In this document: piece by piece, positions 37,084-45,358 of the stretch
Layout of the letters: every line of letters begins with the position of its first letter
How positions within the stretch are numbered: position 1 is the stretch's first letter
NCBI GenBank assembly: GCA_021776095.1
Contig: JAJFGO010000044.1
Coordinates: 39,080-103,079, forward strand
Reading direction: 5' to 3'
Length of the DNA: 64,000 nucleotides
Source of the DNA: Kiloniellaceae bacterium
Lineage (GTDB): Bacteria; Pseudomonadota; Alphaproteobacteria; Kiloniellales; J153
Notes under the pieces: generated by a model
Database searches by the model: none
What the model was told of the DNA's origin: nothing
What the model saw: only the letters and a program-made list of their open reading frames with translations
Translations under genes and position numbers: made by a program

Positions 37084-38343
37084 ATGGCCAAGGTCCAAGA
37101 ATATTTCGACGATCTGGAAACCCGCGATCCGGCGGCCCGCGAGACCGCGCTGCTGGCCGCGCTACCGGGCCAAATCGCGCACGCTAGAAAGAACGCTCCC
37201 GCCTATGCCCGCCGTCTCGCGGAGGTCGATCCGACCAGGGTAATAGACCGCGCCGCGCTGGCGACACTGCCGGTCACCCGAAAGTCGGACTTTGTCGGCC
37301 TACAGGCCGAGGACCCGCCCTTCGGTGGCTTTAATGCGATTGCGCCGGAGGCAGCCGCGCGCATCTTCGCCTCGCCGGGCCCGATTTACGAATTGGAAGC
37401 CCCACGCGCCGATTACTGGAATTGCGCGCGCGCCCTCTTCGCCGCCGGGTTCCGGTGCGGCGAGGTCGCCCACAACTGCTTTTCCTATCACCTGACGCCG
37501 GGCGGCTGGATGCTGGACGGGGGTCTGCGCGCCTTGGGCTGCGTGGTCGTGGCAGCGGGAACCGGCAACACCGAGGTGCAGGTTCAGACCATCGCCCAAC
37601 TCAAGCCCGCCGGCTATTGCGGCACGCCGGATTTCCTCAAGGTCCTGCTCGACAAGGGCCGGGAACTGGACCTCGACTGCAGCAGTGTCACCAAGGCCCT
37701 GGTTTCCGGCGGGGCGCTGTTCCCGTCCTTGCGCGCCGAATACGCCGAACGCGGCGTTGCCGTCTTGCAGGCTTACGCGACCGGCGATCTCGGCATCATC
37801 GCCTACGAATCCGGCGCCGATCAGGGCTTGATCGTCAACGAGGGCCTGATCGTGGAGGTTGTCCGCCCCGGCACCGGCGACGCCGTATCGGAGGGCGAGG
37901 TTGGCGAGGTCTTGGTCACAACCCTGTGCCCGGAATCACCGCTCATTCGCTTCGCCACCGGTGATCTTTCGGCCCTGATACCCGGCACCAGCGCCTGCGG
38001 GCGGACCAATGCGCGGCTGAAGGGCTGGATGGGCCGGGCCGACCAGACCACCAAGGTCAAAGGCATGTTCGTTCACCCGGCCCAGGTCGCGGCCGTCGTC
38101 AAACGCCACCAGGAGATTACCAAGGCCCGGCTGGTGGTCGCGCGCGACGGCGAGAGCGACATCATGACCCTGCATTGCGAGGCCGGGCCACGCAGCGCCC
38201 TGTCCCAGGACGAAGCCTTGGCCGAGGCCATCGCCCACAGCCTGCACGACGTAGCCAAGCTGAAGGGCAGGGTCGAGTTGCATCCGCCCGGCACCCTGGC
38301 CAACGACGGCAAGGTCATCGAGGACGCCCGCAGCTACGACTAG
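37084..38343 (+). CDS. phenylacetate-CoA ligase family (PaaK / F390-synthetase-like) adenylate-forming enzyme
   Basis: 419 aa: ...LPVTRKSDF...FSYHLTPGGWM...TPDFLKVLLDKG...ATGDLG...FATGDLS...GRADQTTKVKGMFVHPAQV matches the PaaK-like small-ligase architecture. Confidence 0.75.
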   Translation: MAKVQEYFDDLETRDPAARETALLAALPGQIAHARKNAPAYARRLAEVDPTRVIDRAALATLPVTRKSDFVGLQAEDPPFGGFNAIAPEAAARIFASPGPIYELEAPRADYWNCARALFAAGFRCGEVAHNCFSYHLTPGGWMLDGGLRALGCVVVAAGTGNTEVQVQTIAQLKPAGYCGTPDFLKVLLDKGRELDLDCSSVTKALVSGGALFPSLRAEYAERGVAVLQAYATGDLGIIAYESGADQGLIVNEGLIVEVVRPGTGDAVSEGEVGEVLVTTLCPESPLIRFATGDLSALIPGTSACGRTNARLKGWMGRADQTTKVKGMFVHPAQVAAVVKRHQEITKARLVVARDGESDIMTLHCEAGPRSALSQDEALAEAIAHSLHDVAKLKGRVELHPPGTLANDGKVIEDARSYD

Positions 38344-38368
38344 CGGGCCCAGCCACCCCCGAACCGCG

Positions 38369-38638
38369 CTAGAGCATATTCCGACCATATTGCGTCATTT
38401 GACCGGTTTTTCGGGTCTGCTGGCTAGGCGCGGCCCACGCCGCGGTCCGGGTGACCGCAAGTGGGCCGCAACGATGTCCAGCGGGCGCGAAAAACCGGCC
38501 TCCGGTGGGCCAAATCAGCCCATCGGCGTCGTTACGAAACTTGCCCGATGCCCCACACATCGCCCGGCGTTCCGTGCCTAGCCGAGTGACCTGATTTGGC
38601 GCCATCAAATGGTGCGATATGATCGGAATATGCTCTAG
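38369..38638. mobile_element. MITE-like non-coding element (270 bp) with about 25-nt terminal inverted repeats
   Basis: The left end is ctagagcatattccgaccatattgc (38369-38393). The reverse complement of the right end (38614-38638) is ctagagcatattccgatcatatcgc, which matches at 23 of 25 positions. The interior has no convincing ORF. The terminal CTAG at 38635-38638 contains the TAG stop of the lpoA-like gene. Confidence 0.65.
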
Positions 38639-40056
38639 CTGCCCGTGTCTTGGAAGCCGGGCCTGGCGGGATCGATCACCTTGAAGCCCTGGCGCTCCAA
38701 CTCCAGCACCGCCAAGTGCCGGTCTATAGCGCCGTCGGGCAGGAAGCGAAACACGCCATCGATGCCCGCGAAGCCATTGGGTTGGGTCAAGAGGGTTTCG
38801 GCATAGGTGAAAGGCTCGGCCGCGTCGGCGGTGCCGCGCGCCAAGACCGCCGCCAGCGCGGTCGCGTCGTAGGCAAGGGAAACCACCCGCGGCGGCGCGT
38901 TAGCGTAAGTATCGCGGTAGCGCCCGGCAAAGGTCTGCCAAAGCTCGGGCTGGGGGGCGGTAAACCAGCCACCGGCCAGTGACGGCTCGGCGCCAAGGTT
39001 GGGGTCTTCCCAGATCGAGGTCCCCAGAAACCGCACCTCCACCGGATCAACGTCATAAAAAGCCAGGGAGGGCGCGATCACCTGCAGGCGTTTGCCGCCC
39101 TCCGGCAGAATGACCGCGTCAAAATCCGGCCGGCCCAGGGTTTCCAAGCCATCCAAGCGCTTTAGTGCCCGTTTGGCCGCATCGTCGCCGCGCGCCGCCA
39201 GAATGCTCCGCTGGTCGAGCAGGGCCTGGTGACGGGCGTCGTAATCGGCCAGGCTGCGCACCTCCAACGTCAAATCGCCGGTATCCGGCGGATAGGTCAC
39301 CACACGGCTGAGTTCGACACCGTAGCGCAGGGTCGCCTCCTGCAGGGCGGTTACCACCGCCTGACCGTAGGGCGAACTGGGTGCGAGGACCGCGAAACGG
39401 GTTAGGCCCTGACCGCTGGCGAAGCCGACGATGCGGTCGATTTGGGGTTGCGGCGCCAGGCCCATGACATAGACCCCGTCCCCGGCGATGCTGCGGTCGT
39501 TGGAGAATGTGATGATGGGCACCTGCGCGGCCCGCGCGTCGGCGGCCATGGCCTCCAGCGAGGTGGCGAACAGCGGCCCCAGGATCAAGCGCACATTCTC
39601 CGATAGAACCGCGCGGGCAGCCTCCTGCGCGCCCTGTGGCGTCCCACGGGTATCGCGCACCACCAGGGCGAAGTCCTCGTCCGCGATATCGAACAGCGCC
39701 AGTTGCGCGGCATTCTGCATAGCCTCGCCGATACGCGCGTAGCGGCCGCTCAAAGGCAGCAGAAGCCCGACCTTGATCGGCCCGCCCAGCTCGATCGCAG
39801 TGATCGGGCCCTCGGGCCACGGCGGCGTCGAGGGGTCGCTCAGCGGCGGCAAGTCCTCCGCCGAGGTCAGGGGCTCTGGCGCGCCTTGCACGGGGGGAAG
39901 CGGCGCCTGTACCGTGGGCGAGCCGCAAGCCGTCAAGATCGTCAACGCGCCGATCAGCGCCACCAGGCCGCGCACGCGCCGGGCCCGAAAGCCGATAGCG
40001 CCAACGCCAGAGCATGAATCGAATGCCGCGAAAGCCAAGTCGAAGTCCCCCGTCAA
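38635..40056 (-). CDS. penicillin-binding-protein activator (LpoA-like) lipoprotein with type I periplasmic-binding fold
   Basis: Has a lipobox (LTILTAC|GS), a Pro-rich linker, then a PBP-type I domain (IKVGLLLPLSGRYARIGEAM...). It is divergent from rsmI, as lpoA (yraM) is in E. coli. The start is uncertain (ATG 40056 or GTG 39975). Confidence 0.7.
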   Translation of the reverse strand: MTGDFDLAFAAFDSCSGVGAIGFRARRVRGLVALIGALTILTACGSPTVQAPLPPVQGAPEPLTSAEDLPPLSDPSTPPWPEGPITAIELGGPIKVGLLLPLSGRYARIGEAMQNAAQLALFDIADEDFALVVRDTRGTPQGAQEAARAVLSENVRLILGPLFATSLEAMAADARAAQVPIITFSNDRSIAGDGVYVMGLAPQPQIDRIVGFASGQGLTRFAVLAPSSPYGQAVVTALQEATLRYGVELSRVVTYPPDTGDLTLEVRSLADYDARHQALLDQRSILAARGDDAAKRALKRLDGLETLGRPDFDAVILPEGGKRLQVIAPSLAFYDVDPVEVRFLGTSIWEDPNLGAEPSLAGGWFTAPQPELWQTFAGRYRDTYANAPPRVVSLAYDATALAAVLARGTADAAEPFTYAETLLTQPNGFAGIDGVFRFLPDGAIDRHLAVLELERQGFKVIDPARPGFQDTGS

Positions 40057-40952
40057 AGCGCCAAGACCGTAGCGGGCCGCAACCGCGAAGTAAACCAGCG
40101 GCGATCCTGGCGCCAGGCCTCTATTTGGTCGCCACGCCGATCGGCAATTTGGGCGATTTGAGCACGCGGGCCCTGCAAGTGTTGAGCAACGCCGACGAGG
40201 TCGCCTGCGAGGATACGCGCACGACCCGCAAACTGCTGACCGCCCACGGCATGACCGCGAAGTTAAGCGCCTATCACGAGCATAACGCGGCGCGCGCCCG
40301 ACCCCGGCTGATCGCCCGCATTGCGGCGGGCGGCGCTATTGCTCTGGCCTCAGATGCCGGCACGCCTTTGGTGTCGGACCCGGGCTACAAGCTGGTCCGC
40401 GACGCGATTGAGGCCGGCCTGACGGTCACCGCCGTGCCCGGCCCCTCGGCGCCCTTGGCCGCCCTGGCGGTATCGGGTCTGCCGAGCGATCGCTTTTTGT
40501 TCGCCGGATTCCTGCCTGGCAAAAGCGAGGCGCGCAAACGCGCCTTGGCGGAGCTAAGCGCAGTCCCCGCGACGCTGATCTTTTTCGAGGTGGCGCGGCG
40601 CCTGGCGGACACCCTCGACGCCATGAACGACACTCTGGGCACCCGTCCGGCGGCGGTGGCGCGCGAGCTTACCAAGCGCTTCGAGGAGGTGCGGCGCGGC
40701 GCCTTGAACGAACTCGCCGCCCATTATACCGACGCCGGCCCGCCCAAGGGCGAGTTGGTCATCGTAGTCGGCCCGCCGGACGGCGCCCCGGCGGAAATCG
40801 ATGCCGCCACGCTGGACGCCCGCCTGCGCGACGCCCTAGCCGAGGGCGCTAGCACCCGCGACGCCGCGTCAGCGGTGGCGGCGGAGACCGGCCTGCCTCG
40901 CCAAGGCGTTTACACGCGCGCCTTGGTCCTGGCCGGGCGGCGCGATGAGTAA
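40014..40952 (+). CDS. rsmI: 16S rRNA (cytidine1402-2'-O)-methyltransferase
   Basis: PGLYLVATPIGNLGDLSTRALQVL...ACEDTR...SDAGTPLVSDPG is the RsmI tetrapyrrole-methylase-fold signature. The exact start is uncertain. Confidence 0.85.
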   Translation: MNRMPRKPSRSPPSKRQDRSGPQPRSKPAAILAPGLYLVATPIGNLGDLSTRALQVLSNADEVACEDTRTTRKLLTAHGMTAKLSAYHEHNAARARPRLIARIAAGGAIALASDAGTPLVSDPGYKLVRDAIEAGLTVTAVPGPSAPLAALAVSGLPSDRFLFAGFLPGKSEARKRALAELSAVPATLIFFEVARRLADTLDAMNDTLGTRPAAVARELTKRFEEVRRGALNELAAHYTDAGPPKGELVIVVGPPDGAPAEIDAATLDARLRDALAEGASTRDAASAVAAETGLPRQGVYTRALVLAGRRDE

Positions 40953-41355
40953 CGGCCGGGCGCGGCGGGCCTATGCCCCTTCGGACGGCGCCGGTTCGGC
41001 GGCGCGGCGGCGGGCCTATGGGTATGGCCGCAGGGCCGAGCGGTGGGCCGCCTGGTGGCTGCGCCTGAAGGGCTATCGCGTCCTGGCCCGGGATTTCCGG
41101 GTGCCGGCCGGCGAAATTGACTTGGTGGTCCGGCGCGGCGGAGTCCTCGCCTTGGTCGAGGTCAAGGCCCGCAGCAGTCTGGACGAGGCCGCAAGGGCGC
41201 TCGACGCCCGCCAACGCCGCCGCATCGAGCGGGCCGGCGCGGCTTTCCTACAACGCCGCCCCGATCTGGCCGGGATGGACCTGCGTTTCGACATGGTTCT
41301 GTTGGCCCCCGGCCGCTGGCCGCGCCATATGGCGGATGCCTGGCGAATTGGGTGA
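40945..41355 (+). CDS. yraN: YraN family (UPF0102) endonuclease-like protein
   Basis: GRRAERWAAWWLRLKGYRVLARDFRVPAGEIDLVVRRGGVLALVEVKAR is the canonical YraN core. 8-nt overlap with rsmI. Confidence 0.85.
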   Translation: MSNGRARRAYAPSDGAGSAARRRAYGYGRRAERWAAWWLRLKGYRVLARDFRVPAGEIDLVVRRGGVLALVEVKARSSLDEAARALDARQRRRIERAGAAFLQRRPDLAGMDLRFDMVLLAPGRWPRHMADAWRIG

Positions 41356-41442
41356 TCGGCCCCTATCTTATAGACTTATGGTTTTGTCCCGACCGGTGAC
41401 GAGCCGTCGGGACGACGGACGTTCTGCATTCGGGGGAATGAT

Positions 41443-42054
41443 ATGATCATGACTGGCTACCCGGTGCGGCCTCTTTGGGCCGCCATCATCTTCGGCGCGA
41501 TTCTGACCAGCGGCGCCTGCGCGCCCGTGGTTATCGGCACCGGCGCGGCGGTCGGCAGCTCGGCGGCCCAGGAACGCGGCGTCAAGGGTGCCTTGGACGA
41601 CCAGGCGGTAGGCCTGGACATCCGCGAACACTGGTTCCAGGACGACCACGCGGCCTACAGCGAAATAAACCTGCAGGTGCAGGAAGGCCGCGCCCTCTTG
41701 ACCGGCAGCGTCGCGGACCCGGACAGGCGGGTCAAGGCAGTCCGGCTGGCCTGGCAAGCCACGGGTGTGCGCGAAGTCATCAACGAGATCGAGGTGCGCG
41801 ACGACGGCTCGCTGACCGACGCCGCGCAGGATACCTGGATCTCGACCAAGCTGCGCGCCCGCTTGATCGGCGACAAGGAAGTCAAGTCGCGGAACTATTC
41901 GATCGAGACCGTAAACGGCGTCGTTTACCTGATCGGCGTCGCGCAAAACGATGGCGAACTGCAAAGGGTCGTCGCCCATGCCCGCGACGTCTCTTACGTC
42001 AAGCGGGTGGTCGACTATGTGCGGATCAAGGCCGCCGCCGGCACGGCCTCCTAA
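41443..42054 (+). CDS. BON domain-containing protein (DolP/OsmY-like)
   Basis: Has a signal or lipoprotein-like N-terminus (ILTSGAC) and two BON-like repeats (INLQVQEGRALLTGSV...; YSIETVNGVVYLIGVAQN). Its position after yraN parallels E. coli yraP (dolP). Confidence 0.75.
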   Translation: MIMTGYPVRPLWAAIIFGAILTSGACAPVVIGTGAAVGSSAAQERGVKGALDDQAVGLDIREHWFQDDHAAYSEINLQVQEGRALLTGSVADPDRRVKAVRLAWQATGVREVINEIEVRDDGSLTDAAQDTWISTKLRARLIGDKEVKSRNYSIETVNGVVYLIGVAQNDGELQRVVAHARDVSYVKRVVDYVRIKAAAGTAS

Positions 42055-42192
42055 AACGGTTTCACCGGACCGACCTAGCCGATCGCCCCCCGGATCGGCG
42101 AGCACTTTCATGAGGTGAAAAAGCCCTGTCGCGGGTTTGCGCCCGGCCGCTATAGTGCCGGCTGAACTCGAAATTGCCTTTGGACCCGCTTC

Positions 42193-43149
42193 ATGAGCCT
42201 AGCCGTCGCGATCCAGATGGATCCGGTTGAAACCATCGACATCGATGCCGACAGCACCTTCGCCCTGGCCATGGAGGCCAAGCGGCGCGGCCACGGTCTA
42301 TACCACTATCTGACGCAAGACCTATCGTTGCGCGGCGGCCGGGTGGTCGCGCGCGCGCGCCCCTTCGTGCCCCGGCACGACCCGGCCAAGCCGGGCGAGT
42401 TGGGCGCGCCGGTATCGATCGATCTGGCCGCCTTGGATGTGGTGCTGATGCGTCAGGACCCGCCTTTCGACATGGCCTACATCACCGCGACCCACCTCTT
42501 GGAGCACGTTCATCCCGCGACCCTGGTGGTCAACGATCCGGTCCAGGTGCGCAACGCGCCGGAAAAGCTCTTCGTCACCCATTTTCCCGAGTTGATGCCG
42601 CCAACCCTGATCTCCAGCGATCGGCTCGAGATCGAGGACTTCCGGAAAGAACATAAGGACATCATCGTCAAGCCACTGTTCGGTAACGGTGGCGCGGGCG
42701 TCTTTCACATCGCGCCCGAGGACGAAAACATCAACGCGCTCTTGGAGCTTTTTACCGGACTCTATCGCGAGCCTATCGTAATTCAGCGCTATTTGCCGGA
42801 GATCCGCCAAGGCGACAAGCGCATCATCCTGGTCGACGGCAAGGCCGCCGGCGCGGTCATGCGGGTGCCCCCGGACGGCGAGGCGCGGGCCAATCTGCAC
42901 GCCGGCGCGCGCGCCGAGAAGACGACGCTCAATACCCGCGACCGGGAGATTTGCGACGCGATCGGCCCGACCTTGAAAGAACGGGGCCTGATCTTCGTCG
43001 GCATCGACATCATCGGCGGCTACATGACCGAGATCAACGTGACCTCGCCGACCGGCATCCAAGAAATCGACCGCTTCGACGGCGTCTCCCTGGAAAGTCA
43101 GATCTGGGATGCGATCGAGGCTCACCAGGCCGCCGTGCACCGGGCTTGA
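42193..43149 (+). CDS. gshB: glutathione synthetase
   Basis: MSLAVAIQMDPVETIDIDADSTFALAMEAKRRGH...VLMRQDPPFDM...IVKPLFGNGGAGVF...GDKRIILVDG...YMTEINVTSPTG is full GshB (ATP-grasp). Confidence 0.95.
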   Translation: MSLAVAIQMDPVETIDIDADSTFALAMEAKRRGHGLYHYLTQDLSLRGGRVVARARPFVPRHDPAKPGELGAPVSIDLAALDVVLMRQDPPFDMAYITATHLLEHVHPATLVVNDPVQVRNAPEKLFVTHFPELMPPTLISSDRLEIEDFRKEHKDIIVKPLFGNGGAGVFHIAPEDENINALLELFTGLYREPIVIQRYLPEIRQGDKRIILVDGKAAGAVMRVPPDGEARANLHAGARAEKTTLNTRDREICDAIGPTLKERGLIFVGIDIIGGYMTEINVTSPTGIQEIDRFDGVSLESQIWDAIEAHQAAVHRA

Positions 43150-43171
43150 GACCTTACGTGTCCGGAGAAGT

Positions 43172-44032
43172 CTAGGCGGCGCGTTCGGACCGGGGCGGTG
43201 GCGCGGCGGTCACGCCCAAGGCCTCGTCCCACCAGGATATCACCCGTCGATCCAGGGTTCGGGTCGCCAAATTAACGTCGCGGGCGTGAATATCCTTCAA
43301 CAGGCTTTTGACCGCGCGGACCGTCAGGGGATCGATACGGGCCAGGCGGAACAAGGTCGGCCGATAGGTTCCGGTCAACATGGCCGCGGCGAGCGTCTTG
43401 CGGTCGAACCACATGCGCACCGCCCAGCGCCGGGCCAGGCGCCTGAGGCCGGCGACCCAGCGCTCGCTTTCCACGATCGCGCAAAAGCTGTCCGCCAAGT
43501 CGCGTGCTTGGGGCGGCAGATGGGCCGGATCGTTGTCCCACCCGAAAGCGGAAACTGCGGCCGTGCAGAACTCCGGCGAGACCTCGTTCAAGGCACTGAC
43601 ATCTTCGAGCAGCCGCTGCTCGACCAATCCGCGCAGGCCCCGGTTGCCGAACAGGGGATCGCGGAACAAGCCATGCAGGCCGGCGATCGCGCTACGGCGA
43701 TCGCCGCGCGCGAGGGACGCCACGATGGAGCGGGTCAGATTTTCGACGGCGCGTGAAACCTCCTGCGCGCGCGCAGGAGAGGTCCGCCGTGGCCGACGCA
43801 CGCTTTGCTGAACCGTCGTATTGCGGCTGGGCCGGCGCGGCGCGATACGGGGCACCGGGCCGGAATCCATAGCATCGCAGAACCGGTGCGCCCGGCGATA
43901 GGCGGCGCACAGATCGTCGGCCCGGCCCGGTTGGGTTTCAGGATCGATTTCGGCCAGACGATCGGCATAGGCGCGGGCGATCCCGATCCGATCGCGAGTT
44001 CGCTTGATACCCAGGAGGTGCCAGGTCGACAT
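43172..44032 (-). CDS. hypothetical protein with degenerate J-domain-like N-terminus
   Basis: MSTWHLLGIKRTRDRIGIARAYADRLAEIDPE... resembles the first helices of a DnaJ J-domain but has no HPD tripeptide (EIDPET instead). The rest has no recognisable motif. The ATG at 44032 is preferred over the GTG at 44047. Confidence 0.5.
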   Translation of the reverse strand: MSTWHLLGIKRTRDRIGIARAYADRLAEIDPETQPGRADDLCAAYRRAHRFCDAMDSGPVPRIAPRRPSRNTTVQQSVRRPRRTSPARAQEVSRAVENLTRSIVASLARGDRRSAIAGLHGLFRDPLFGNRGLRGLVEQRLLEDVSALNEVSPEFCTAAVSAFGWDNDPAHLPPQARDLADSFCAIVESERWVAGLRRLARRWAVRMWFDRKTLAAAMLTGTYRPTLFRLARIDPLTVRAVKSLLKDIHARDVNLATRTLDRRVISWWDEALGVTAAPPPRSERAA

Positions 44033-44252
44033 GATCCCTAACGACACAGTTTGTCCCGTTTTTCAGCTAGTAGTACGTGGTCCCACAATCGAAACAGAAC
44101 TTGGTTGATGGCCGGTTAACCACGGGTGACCGGACCCGCAGATACTGGAGAAAGGAGGGCGCGCCGGCCGCAGTGCCTTGTTCGCGCAGACGGGGGGCCC
44201 TTACCTTGGGCCCTGAAACAATCCGCCGCCGTATGCGTGAGAGAGGCTGGCC

Positions 44253-44408
44253 ATGAAGACCGTCTATACCGAGGACTATCTGCGGATCGGCGCGCGCATA
44301 GCCGCGCTTGGTCTGCCCACCCTCTTCGTCATGGAAGGCGGCTATGCCGTTGACGCGCTCGGCGTGAACACCGTAAATGTCCTGAGTGGCTTCGAAGCGG
44401 AGGCTTGA
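44253..44408 (+). pseudogene. C-terminal remnant of a histone-deacetylase/acetylpolyamine-amidohydrolase family gene (51 codons)
   Basis: MKTVYTEDYLRIGARIAALGLPTLFVMEGGYAVDALGVNTVNVLSGFEAEA matches only the extreme C-terminus (..V.EGGY..) of about 300-340-aa HDAC-family enzymes. An in-frame TGA lies 4 codons upstream of the ATG, and no N-terminal part is present. Confidence 0.45.
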
Positions 44409-44411
44409 GCC

Positions 44412-44951
44412 ATGATCCAGCCGCGTCGCGGCAGGAACCTATGCCTGACCCTTGCCGCACTCCTGCTTAGCGCTCTGTCGGTTCGCTCCGCGCGGGCGAC
44501 GGATGACCCGGGCATCGCCTTCGTCAACGTCAATGTCCTGCCCATGGACGCCGAGACGGTCCTGCGGGCGCACACGGTGGTGGTCCGTGACGGCGCGATC
44601 GCCGCCATGGGCCCGGCTGGCAGCATCGCGCTGACACCGGACATGAGGCTAATCGACGGCGGCGGCACCGCCTACCTCATGCCCGGCTTGGCCGACATGC
44701 ATGTCCACCTGCGGCGCAGCGGGGCGTCCTGGTTGCCCCTGTTCCTGGCCAACGGCGTGACCACGGTCCTGAACATGAGCGGCACGCCCAACCATCTGGC
44801 CTGGCGCGACCAAGTGGCCATCCGATTGACCCACGATATTGCGATGTATTTCAGTTACCGTCGCGAGCGTCGCCAGCCTGCTGCCCGTGCCTCCGCCTCT
44901 GTGCAGAACCATCGCTCGCCTTTGGAAATGTTGATGGTCGTTGGATTGTAA
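44412..44951 (+). pseudogene. 5'-truncated-product remnant of a metal-dependent amidohydrolase gene (only about the first 140 codons are family-like)
   Basis: Has a signal peptide, then ...VVRDGAIAAMGP...LIDGGGTAYLMPGLADMHVHL...LFLANGVTTVLNMSGTPNHLAWRDQV (the amidohydrolase N-terminal metal-binding HxH region). After about nt 44825 the frame continues as unrelated sequence and overlaps the 3' end of the opposite-strand gene. Full-length relatives are about 400+ aa. Confidence 0.55.
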
Positions 44952-45163
44952 TATTTCCCTCCGCGCACGTGATAGATGCGCTCGCCAGTACTAACGCTGA
45001 TGTTGCCTTTTATGGTGCAGGTACCCGGTAAGAGCTCCCTCCCCCTCCCGTCGAATACGAACCAAGCCACAAGAACCACCGGTGCCACCAGCAGCCAAGA
45101 GGGGAACGGCTTTCGCGACCGCCGCCGGTTTTGCCATTTTGAAAAGCCCACAGGGATCTCCAT
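44855..45163 (-). CDS. sunset-domain / ExoI-like small membrane-anchored protein (102 aa)
   Basis: MEIPVGFSKWQNRRRSRKPFPSWLLVAPVVLVAWFVF (TM anchor), then CTIKGNISVSTGERIYHVRGGKYYNPTTINISKGERWFCTEAEARAAGWRRS, the C.IKGNIS..GERIYH.PG...Y..T.I....GERWFC.E.EA..AGWR.S pattern. G+C is lower than the surroundings. The track start at 45349 was rejected. Confidence 0.65.
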   Translation of the reverse strand: MEIPVGFSKWQNRRRSRKPFPSWLLVAPVVLVAWFVFDGRGRELLPGTCTIKGNISVSTGERIYHVRGGKYYNPTTINISKGERWFCTEAEARAAGWRRSRR

Positions 45164-45224
45164 ACGCTCGCATAAAGTGAGAAGGCTATGGAAACCACTA
45201 TCCTTTCGCTCTTTGATTGACGTT

Positions 45225-45358
45225 CGGTGAATCGGTGGCTCCGCCCACTGAAGTGCCCGGTGGGCGGGCATTGCCGGCTGATGATCGGCCCGCCGGGCGC
45301 CGGCAAGTCCATGCTGGCGCGGCATCCCACCGCCGCTTTCGCCCGCCACGGCGCTGGA
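45225..45358 (+). pseudogene. internal comM/yifB-like gene fragment (Walker A region only)
   Basis: ctgatgatcggcccgccgggcgccggcaagtccatgctggcgc...ggcatcccaccgccgctttcgcccgcc aligns with comM nt about 46100-46200 (ctgatggtgggcccgcccggcgccggcaagtccatgctggcgcagcgcctgcccggcatcctgccgccgctgtcgcccgcc), with an 11-nt deletion and scattered mismatches. It translates as ..GGHCRLMIGPPGAGKSMLA.. versus ..GGHNLLMVGPPGAGKSMLA... Confidence 0.7.

Noticed and set aside
38369-38608. ORFs of 79 aa (minus strand) and 63 aa (plus strand, 38390-38581) inside the inverted-repeat element.
   Set aside because: They have no RBS and no family resemblance, and they lie entirely within a TIR-bounded non-coding-looking element. 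They are treated as part of the MITE-like repeat.
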